Shown here one piece after another: positions 1-6,733 of a stretch of 32,000 bases of DNA (position 1 is its first letter; every line of letters begins with the position of its first letter). Location: positions 3,935,372 through 3,967,371 of the forward strand of contig NZ_CM001976.1 of the NCBI RefSeq assembly GCF_000406145.1, given 5' to 3'. The position numbers were made by a program, and so were the translations under genes. The notes under the pieces were generated by a model, which saw only the letters and a program-made list of their open reading frames with translations, did not search any database and was not told the origin of the DNA. Origin of the DNA: Dickeya dadantii NCPPB 898 (GTDB taxonomy: Bacteria > Pseudomonadota > Gammaproteobacteria > Enterobacterales > Enterobacteriaceae).

Positions 1-549
1 TACGCCTCGACCGGCATCGGAGCGCAATTCATGCCGGAGGTGGGTGACGAAGTAGTGCTGGGCTACTTCAACAACAACCCGTCCGACCCGGTGATCCTCG
101 GCAGCCTTTACAGCAGCAAGAACCCGCCGCCGGTCGCGCCGGAAGCCAAAAACACCCTCAAAACGCTGATGACCCGCAGCCAGCTGACGTTGCAGTTCAA
201 CGAAGAGGACAAGTCGATCACCCTGACCACCCCGGGCGGCAATCAGGCGGTGCTGAGCGACAAGGGCAAAACGGTGACGTTGCAGGACCAAAACGGCAAC
301 AGCGTCACGCTGGATTCCTCCGGCATCACGCTGGACAGCCCGAAGAACATCACCCTCAACGCCAAAGGGAAAATCGAGCTGAGCGCCGCCAGCGCCATCA
401 ACATCAGCGCCAAAGCCAACGTCACCGCCGAGGGGATGAACGTCAGCCTGTCGGCCAAAACCGGCCTGACCGCCAAGGGAACCGCCACCGCCGAACTGTC
501 GGCCTCCGGCCAAACGGTGGTGAAAGGCGGCATCGTGATGATCAACTAG
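1..549 (+). CDS. Contractile-injection spike/hub protein, VgrG-gp5 (Afp8-like) family, C-terminal part; 5' end lies outside the window
   Basis: Frame 1 is open from nt 1 (YASTGIGAQF precedes the first Met at 31). PEVGDEVVLGYFNNNPSDPVILGSLYS matches the conserved VgrG/gp5-type hub region. It is followed by short beta-helix-like repeats (SITLTTPGG, KTVTLQD, NSVTLDS, SGITLDS, KNITLNA). Stop TAG at 547-549. Confidence 0.8.
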   Translation, partial: YASTGIGAQFMPEVGDEVVLGYFNNNPSDPVILGSLYSSKNPPPVAPEAKNTLKTLMTRSQLTLQFNEEDKSITLTTPGGNQAVLSDKGKTVTLQDQNGNSVTLDSSGITLDSPKNITLNAKGKIELSAASAINISAKANVTAEGMNVSLSAKTGLTAKGTATAELSASGQTVVKGGIVMIN

Positions 550-639
550 CGTTGATTCACTGAGATCAGTAGAGCGGTGGTTATCGAATGCCTGAAAGAA
601 GTGAGCAACACAGATGCAGAAATAGCATGACCTTTTCTG

Positions 640-890
640 GCGTCAAAACTGTGCTGAGGCGTTCGACTTCGCCGGGTGAGCCGCACGGACGCGGCGAAAG
701 CCCGTGCCGCGTCTGGAACGCGTCACGGGCGGCCCGAACAGCGAAGGTGAATGCCGAAGGGACCGCGCCAGCGGCACAGTTTAGCCTCCCAGCCAGTGGT
801 CAAGGAGAGGCGGCGTTTGAGCCTCTCCTTGTCGTGCGTGCGACAACGTTTCAAGGGAAAAACAGGGCTTACCCCGCACGAAACCGCGCC
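640..890 (+). repeat. Structured intergenic repeat element, copy A (inverted homologue at 31745-32000)
   Basis: The reverse complement of 721-840 aligns colinearly with 31789-31906. Identical runs include cacgcacgacaaggagagg, cctctccttgaccactggctgg and gttcgggccgcccgtgacg; identity is roughly 80-85% by eye. Colinear similarity continues at ccccgcacgaaa (872-883 vs 31747-31758) and gcccgtgccg (700-709 vs 31991-32000). It contains a perfect 11-bp hairpin (801-811 / 821-831) and an outer imperfect stem (660-673 with 741-754). Element boundaries are approximate. Confidence 0.75.
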
Positions 891-964
891 AGGTTCTGCC
901 ATAACCCCATGAATTATCAATGCAACCAGGCTGCTTGCCGCAGCCAACAACGAGGGAAATAATT

Positions 965-1264
965 ATGCCACCCGCCGCCCGCCTAACCGATTTACACGCC
1001 TGCCCGATGGTGACGCCGGGGTTGCCGCCGATTCCCCATGTCGGTGGCCCGGTGATCGGCCCCGGCGTGCCAACGGTATTAATCGGCAAATTGCCGGCGG
1101 CGGTGCTGGGCGACAACTGTGTGTGCGTCGGGCCGCCGGACGTCATCGTCAAAGGCTCCGCCACCGTGCTGATCGGCGGTAAGCCCGCCGCCCGACTTGG
1201 CGATACCACCGCGCACGGCGGCAATATCGCGCTCGGCGACTTCACCGTATTGATAGGAGGATAA
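965..1264 (+). CDS. PAAR-domain spike-tip protein (Afp10-like), 99 aa, no extension domain
   Basis: ATG 965 is preceded by gaggga (952-957). The protein carries PAARLTD..CP, GPGVPTVLIG, GSATVLIGGKPAARLGD and HGG..G..TVLIGG, i.e. two PAAR motifs and the usual strand pattern. The upstream extension in the ORF track (920) lies in the repeat-derived region and lacks an RBS. Confidence 0.9.
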   Translation: MPPAARLTDLHACPMVTPGLPPIPHVGGPVIGPGVPTVLIGKLPAAVLGDNCVCVGPPDVIVKGSATVLIGGKPAARLGDTTAHGGNIALGDFTVLIGG

Positions 1265-1267
1265 ACC

Positions 1268-1687
1268 GTGGATAACGATCATGCGTTTCTCGGCACCGGC
1301 TGGGGGTTCCCGCCGCGGTTTGACGCCGCCGCACAAAGCATCGGGATGGTAAGCGGCGATGAAGACGTGCGGCAAAGCCTGGGGTTGCTGCTCTCCACCC
1401 GCCCCGGCGAACGCATCATGGCGCCGGAATACGGCTGCGATATTCAGGGCATGGTGTTTGAAGACCTCACCCTTTCCACCCTCACCGATATGAAGACCCG
1501 TATTGAACAGGCTATCCTGTTCTTCGAGCCGCGCATCCGGCTACAGGCGATTGTCATCGACAACGATCGGGCCATCGACGGCAAACTATTGATTCATATT
1601 GACTACACCCTGATCGCCACCAATACCCGCAGCAACATGGTGTACCCGTTCTATCTGCGCGAAGGCACGCTGGTGGCGAACCCATGA
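1268..1687 (+). CDS. GPW/gp25-family baseplate wedge protein (Afp9/TssE-like)
   Basis: GTG 1268 lies 4 nt after the PAAR stop, with ggagga at 1256-1261. GTGWGFPPRF and DVRQSLGLLLSTRPGERIMAPEYGCDI form the gp25/GPW signature. 139 aa. Confidence 0.9.
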   Translation: MDNDHAFLGTGWGFPPRFDAAAQSIGMVSGDEDVRQSLGLLLSTRPGERIMAPEYGCDIQGMVFEDLTLSTLTDMKTRIEQAILFFEPRIRLQAIVIDNDRAIDGKLLIHIDYTLIATNTRSNMVYPFYLREGTLVANP

Positions 1688-4600
1688 CGCGCATCTGGAA
1701 CACCCCGCTGCCGCCCCCGGCCACCTCGCAGCGGCAGCGACTGCCGCCGGCGCTGGAAGACGGCGCGTTCCTGGCGGATGAAATGTCGTTTGAAACGCTG
1801 CTGGTTCTGGCCAGCGATATCGCCGCGCAGCTGTCATTTGACGGCGGCGACGAGGCGCCGTTGTCATGTGATCGCAACGGCGCAGCGCCGCAGGGCAACT
1901 GGCAGGCGCTGTTCGCCAAAAGCGAAGTCACCGGTATGGCGATCATCCTGTCGTTCGACGCCGCGCTGGAACAAAACCGGTTTCGGCAGGCGCAGTCGCG
2001 CGGCATGGATCACACGCTGGCCTACCTGATCGCCCTCTACGCCAATCTGGATCACTGGTACCGCGCCTTTATTCCCGTCCAGACCGACAGCGCCGACCAC
2101 ATCAAACTGACCATCCAGACGGTACTGAAAGCACAACTGGTGCGGCCGTTCCAGTACCTGGTGGTTCTGGCGCAGGCGCTGGATAGCTACCGCCCGTCGC
2201 TGCTGGCCGACCCGCGCCTGCAAACCCTCGACCCGCTGTGGGGAATTCGCTACGACAACGGCCGGTTTATCGCCAGCGAGCAGCAACAGTTGCTGCAACA
2301 GCAGTTGCCGGGCATTCAACTGCTGGAAGAGCAGTTACAGCTCTGTTTTTCCGCCGCCGTCAACACCGTCAGCCAGCTACAGACAGACGGCCGCCGACGG
2401 CTGCAACAGGCGCTGTCTCACGCCGATCACGCCCCGGAAGTCGCGCTGTACCTGACCTTTCTGCAGCTATTCGCCCGAGCGCAGGCGCGGCTCAACCGCT
2501 TCACCGAACGACACCTCGACTTTTACTACCGTCAGGTGCTCCGGCAGCAACCGCAACCGCTCACAGCCGATGCGGTGTTCCTGAAACTGACGCAGGACAG
2601 CGGACTAACCACGCCGCTCTCGCTGGAGCGCGGCGTGGTCTTCAGCGGCGGGCAGGATGCCCGCTTGCACGACATCCTCTATCGCAGCGAGCAATCGCTG
2701 CAGGTTAGCGACGCCGAGGTCAAGCAGGTGCATTCGCTGCTGCTCAAACGGGACCCGTTGATGTCGCCGGAACGGGAGCTGGATTTCGTCACCGCCATCC
2801 ACAGCGACAGCCTGTGGCCGTGGCGCAGCGACCAGCCCCGTTCTCGCACGCTGCTGACGCTGTTTGGCGAAACGCCGGCCTTGCAGCGCTACCCGTCGCC
2901 GTCGGCGCCGGGCCTCGCCATCATCGACCCGGTGCTGTACCTGCCGGAAGGGCGGCGGCGGGTCAGCCTGACCGTCAATCTGGACGACGCGGCGCGGCCG
3001 CATCTGGCGCAACAGCTGCACCTGCTCAGGGATGCCCCGTACCCGACGGTATTGCGAAATCGGCTGACCACCCTGCTGCTGACGCTGGCGCAGACGCTGA
3101 CGCCGCTGCTGCCCGACGACGAGGCGCCCGTCGTTATCGCCGCGCTGGTCGACGCGCTGACGCCCCGTCAGTTACAGGCGTTGCGGCGCAGCCGGGACGA
3201 CGAAGCCATCAGCCTGCTGTACAAGTATTTTTTGCTTGGCGTACTGCGCCAGACCAGCGATCCCACGCGCGGTTGTCGAGTGCTGGGGCACCTGTTCAGC
3301 CGCCAGACCCTGAGCCGCACCGACTGGTTGAATGACAATGAACGACGGTTGATTCTGGACAAGAGCCGCCAGTTGCTGCCCGACGACAGCCAGCCGACGC
3401 TGGCGGAACTGCTGAACGGTAACCGGCAGGTCAATTTTTACCGCCTCTACAGCGAGCTGTTTACGCTGCGTCTCAGCACCGAAAGCGGCTGGCAAACCCT
3501 CGACGCTTACCGTATCCACCCGTTGGGCGCGGACGACGACGGCCCCTACGGCTTTCGGCTCACCTTCACCCTGTCGCCCGGCTTCGGGGCGGTCATTCCC
3601 TGCGACCCGACCCTTCATGGCGACCACTGGCATTACCGCGCGCCGGCGCTGCAACTGGAGATGAAACCGGAAACGCCGCTTTTTCCCTACTCGGTGTTCC
3701 GCGATTTCGTGCTGGGTCCGTTGCTCCTCGCCACGCGGGTATCCGGCGTGCGGACGTTCCAGGCAGACACCGGCGACGGCCCCGTCGACGTCGGCAAAAC
3801 CTTTTATCCGTTCGGCGCGCAACCCACCGGGCAGCCGTCGCTGACCCTCGCCAGTTACGAGCTGGCCCAAAAGCCGGTGCAGGACGTCACGCTGACGATC
3901 GACTGGGCAAATCTGCCGGGCGGCAGCGACGGCTTTCGCCAGCATTATCAGGGCTACCCCGGCGACTACGCTAACCATCGTTTCCGGGCACAGCTGGCCG
4001 TGTTGCGCGAAGGCGAGTGGAAGGCGGTCGGCAAGCCGTTTGCGCTGTTCGCCTGCGAACCGGGCAGCGATCGGCTGCGCCCCGACGTACAGATTCAGGC
4101 CGACCTGAAGCAGGATTTTCAGCCCGTCCGCCCCGCGGCCGACGCAGAGGCGTTCCATTTCGATCGCGCCAGCCGCAACGGTCTGATCCGCCTGTCGCTG
4201 TACGAGCCGGAACAGGGCTTCGGCCATCATCAGTACGGCTCGCTGCTTAGCCAGACGCTGATGCACAACGCCCGGCGCCGCAAACCGCTACCGCTTCCCC
4301 AGCCGCCCTATACCCCGGCGATCGACCGGCTGACGCTCGGCTATCGAGCCAGTACCCGGATCCATCCGGGTCACGCCGGCCATGAACCGTCGCCGGACAG
4401 CCATCTCCTGCATCTGCACCCGTTCGGCCATGAGGTGCTGTACCCGGCGGCCGAAAGCGGCGGGGATACCCGTCCGGTGGCCTTTTTGCCGCGCTACGAC
4501 GACGACGGTAACCTGTTTATCGGGCTACAGGCGTCGTCGCTCGGCGGCCCGCTGAACCTGTTTTTCCAGCTCGACGATCGGGCCGCGCCCACCGCTATCC

Positions 4601-5805
4601 GCCACCGTCAGGCGTTCCAGTGGCGTTATCTGGTCGACAACGACTGGCGCGTGCTGCCGCCGCATCAGGTGATCGCCGACACCACCCACGGTTTTATCAC
4701 CTCCGGCATCGTTACGCTGGATATCCCACCGGAGATCAACGACCGGCACACCGTAATGCCGGACAGGCTCTACTGGCTGCGGGTCAGTACCCGGCAGGGT
4801 ATCGGCGAGTACGCCGGTTGCCTGCACGTCGCCACCCACGTGGTGCGAGCCGTCCGCCAGTGGCCCGACGGGCAACCACCGGATGACGAGCCGACGCCAC
4901 CCGCCGCGGCGTCGGGCTGGCGAGCGCTCAATCCACCGGCCGGGCTGGGTGCCATTAGCCTGATGATGCCATCGACCGGCGGCGCGCCGCGGGAATCCAC
5001 CCGGCAGTTCCGGCAACGGCTGAGCGAACAGTTACGCCACAAAGGACGGGCGTTAACCGGCTGGGACTATGAACGGCTGGTGCTGCAACACTTTCCCGAT
5101 ATCGATCAGGCGCGCTGTTTTCCGCATACCCGTTTCGGCGTGCCGGGCCACCAGCCGGGGCAGGTGCTGCTGCTGGTGCGCCAGCGTCACCCCGCCTGCC
5201 GGCACCAGCCGTGCGAACCGCTGCACGCCAGCGCCGCGCTGCTGCACCGGATACAAACCTGGTTGCAGACGGTCGCGCCGCCGGGCGCCGCCATCGCGGT
5301 GCACTCGCCGGTGTACGAAAAGGTTCAGGTGCGCTGTAGCGTCGCCTTCCAGCCGGGGCACCATCCGGGACAGGCGCTGCGCCGGTTGAACCGGGATATC
5401 TCCGCTTACCTCTGCCCGTGGCGCGAAGACAGCATCAGCCAGGGATTTGGCACCAGCGTGGCGCTGCGGCAAATAGAAGCCTTTATCGCGCATCTGGATT
5501 ACGTGCGTTTCGTGACCGGCTTTTCACTGATCACCATCCGGCAGGCCGGCCTCGACCAAAGCGACGGGCAAACACAACGCTGGCGGCTGACCGACAGCGC
5601 CGCGCTGGCGTCGCACTACCAAACCGGCGATCCCGCCGTAAACAGCCCGAGTCTGACCGGGCTAACTCCGCGCTATCCCTGGAATATTATCCTGCCGGTC
5701 GAGCAGCATGACCTGCGGCTCATTTCGGACTTCAGGCCGCGCCCGCCGGAAGCCATCGGCATCGGCGACCTGACCATCGGCGACAGCTTCATCACCGTCC
5801 GTTAG
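1684..5805 (+). CDS. Large baseplate wedge protein with C-terminal Baseplate_J (gp6/Afp11-like) region; 1373 aa
   Basis: ATG 1684 overlaps the gp25 stop (ATGA). GRALTGWDYERLVLQHFPDIDQARCF (around residue 1120) is the typical Baseplate_J motif. I recognise no motif in the N-terminal ~900 aa. Position after gp25 fits an eCIS/phage baseplate. Confidence 0.75.
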   Translation: MTRIWNTPLPPPATSQRQRLPPALEDGAFLADEMSFETLLVLASDIAAQLSFDGGDEAPLSCDRNGAAPQGNWQALFAKSEVTGMAIILSFDAALEQNRFRQAQSRGMDHTLAYLIALYANLDHWYRAFIPVQTDSADHIKLTIQTVLKAQLVRPFQYLVVLAQALDSYRPSLLADPRLQTLDPLWGIRYDNGRFIASEQQQLLQQQLPGIQLLEEQLQLCFSAAVNTVSQLQTDGRRRLQQALSHADHAPEVALYLTFLQLFARAQARLNRFTERHLDFYYRQVLRQQPQPLTADAVFLKLTQDSGLTTPLSLERGVVFSGGQDARLHDILYRSEQSLQVSDAEVKQVHSLLLKRDPLMSPERELDFVTAIHSDSLWPWRSDQPRSRTLLTLFGETPALQRYPSPSAPGLAIIDPVLYLPEGRRRVSLTVNLDDAARPHLAQQLHLLRDAPYPTVLRNRLTTLLLTLAQTLTPLLPDDEAPVVIAALVDALTPRQLQALRRSRDDEAISLLYKYFLLGVLRQTSDPTRGCRVLGHLFSRQTLSRTDWLNDNERRLILDKSRQLLPDDSQPTLAELLNGNRQVNFYRLYSELFTLRLSTESGWQTLDAYRIHPLGADDDGPYGFRLTFTLSPGFGAVIPCDPTLHGDHWHYRAPALQLEMKPETPLFPYSVFRDFVLGPLLLATRVSGVRTFQADTGDGPVDVGKTFYPFGAQPTGQPSLTLASYELAQKPVQDVTLTIDWANLPGGSDGFRQHYQGYPGDYANHRFRAQLAVLREGEWKAVGKPFALFACEPGSDRLRPDVQIQADLKQDFQPVRPAADAEAFHFDRASRNGLIRLSLYEPEQGFGHHQYGSLLSQTLMHNARRRKPLPLPQPPYTPAIDRLTLGYRASTRIHPGHAGHEPSPDSHLLHLHPFGHEVLYPAAESGGDTRPVAFLPRYDDDGNLFIGLQASSLGGPLNLFFQLDDRAAPTAIRHRQAFQWRYLVDNDWRVLPPHQVIADTTHGFITSGIVTLDIPPEINDRHTVMPDRLYWLRVSTRQGIGEYAGCLHVATHVVRAVRQWPDGQPPDDEPTPPAAASGWRALNPPAGLGAISLMMPSTGGAPRESTRQFRQRLSEQLRHKGRALTGWDYERLVLQHFPDIDQARCFPHTRFGVPGHQPGQVLLLVRQRHPACRHQPCEPLHASAALLHRIQTWLQTVAPPGAAIAVHSPVYEKVQVRCSVAFQPGHHPGQALRRLNRDISAYLCPWREDSISQGFGTSVALRQIEAFIAHLDYVRFVTGFSLITIRQAGLDQSDGQTQRWRLTDSAALASHYQTGDPAVNSPSLTGLTPRYPWNIILPVEQHDLRLISDFRPRPPEAIGIGDLTIGDSFITVR

Positions 5806-5830
5806 TCCGTCGCTGCAACGCGCCCGGCAT

Positions 5831-5900
5831 GGCGAGATGAGAGGAACGGCGAGATAAGGGGAACGGAGAAATGAGGAATAACCGCGACATGAGGAGTATG
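5831..5900. repeat. Tandem 17-18-bp repeat x4 in the leader of the 275-aa gene
   Basis: Units: ggcgagatgagaggaac (5831-5847), ggcgagataaggggaac (5848-5864), ggagaaatgaggaataac (5865-5882), cgcgacatgaggagtatg (5883-5900). Each unit carries a GGA/SD-like core. The last unit supplies the gaggag SD for GTG 5904. Confidence 0.8.
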
Positions 5901-5903
5901 TGA

Positions 5904-6731
5904 GTGGCAAAACGAAATCGCGGCACCTTGAAAAACTATTTCCGTCAGGGCGCCATGCCGTCCGCCGAACATTTTTCCGACCTGATCGATTCGTCGGTCA
6001 ACAAAATCGAGGAAGGGTTCGATAAAACGCCGGAACAGGGGCTGAAGATCGCCGCGCTCGATACCCACGCCAGACTGATGACGTTTTACCGCGACAGCGA
6101 CCCGACCCGGCCGCTGTGGTCGGTCAGCCTGCAACCGGACAGCGACCTGCTGCGGGTCAACCGCCACGCCGGCGACGGGAACGGCACCGTCGCCGACGCC
6201 GAACCTTTGCTGACGTTCACCCCCGACGGCCGGGCGGGCATCAACACCACTACGCCGCGCCACGCGCTGGATGTCAACGGGGTGATCGGCGCACAGGGGC
6301 GCGCCGGCGCGCAATGGGCGGACCGCCTGCCCGCCGACGGTGAATGGCACGACCTCACGCCGAAACTGGAAGGGTGCCAGGCCTTTGAGGTGGTGGCGGG
6401 CGTCGGCATCCGCCACTCCGGGCGCTACGCACTGATCCACGCCATCGCGCTGAACACCTGCGCGCCGAGCGGTTTCTTCTTCAATTTTTTCAACCGCAAA
6501 AACCGCATCGGCACCCGCCACGCCTATTACCATTCGCGCGCCGACAAGCTGACGCTGCGCTGGCTGCGCGACGACACGCCAGCCGGCGGCCACGACGGCA
6601 TTCGCCCCTACCGGTTGCAGATCCGTACCCACACCAGCTACGGCGACGGCATCGTGATTCGCTATCACCTCACCCGGCTGTGGCACGACGCCTACATGCA
6701 CGACTGCCTGCTGCCGGCAGGCGAGGAGTGA
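5904..6731 (+). CDS. Putative tail-fibre-like / peripheral baseplate protein (275 aa)
   Basis: GTG 5904 has gaggag 7 nt upstream. The N-terminus LKNYFRQGAMPSAEHFSDLIDS resembles the conserved N-terminal attachment motif (F.tG..Pt...F..LIDS) that I recall from phage/CIS fibre-like proteins. GRAGINTTTPRHALDVNGVIGAQG resembles the vGIGT..P...L.V.G motif of such fibres. The gene is embedded between the two wedge genes. The functional call is from motif memory only. Confidence 0.45.
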   Translation: MAKRNRGTLKNYFRQGAMPSAEHFSDLIDSSVNKIEEGFDKTPEQGLKIAALDTHARLMTFYRDSDPTRPLWSVSLQPDSDLLRVNRHAGDGNGTVADAEPLLTFTPDGRAGINTTTPRHALDVNGVIGAQGRAGAQWADRLPADGEWHDLTPKLEGCQAFEVVAGVGIRHSGRYALIHAIALNTCAPSGFFFNFFNRKNRIGTRHAYYHSRADKLTLRWLRDDTPAGGHDGIRPYRLQIRTHTSYGDGIVIRYHLTRLWHDAYMHDCLLPAGEE

Positions 6732-6733
6732 GC

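Noticed and set aside
588-1245. ORFs 588-962 (+, 124 aa), 723-950 (-) and 781-1245 (-) in the spike-PAAR gap
   Set aside because: They lie within or over the structured repeat element, or antisense to the PAAR gene. They are Arg/Cys/Ala/Pro-rich with no RBS. The homologous repeat copy at the window end does not preserve any of these frames (indels of 1, 2 and 84 nt).
1-1687. Interpreting VgrG + PAAR + gp25(TssE-like) as a type VI secretion system
   Set aside because: They are followed directly by Baseplate_J-like wedge genes and a CIS-type tape-measure protein, which T6SS lack. No TssF/G/K, TssJLM, Hcp or ClpV genes are present in the window. This cannot be fully excluded without the upstream sequence.
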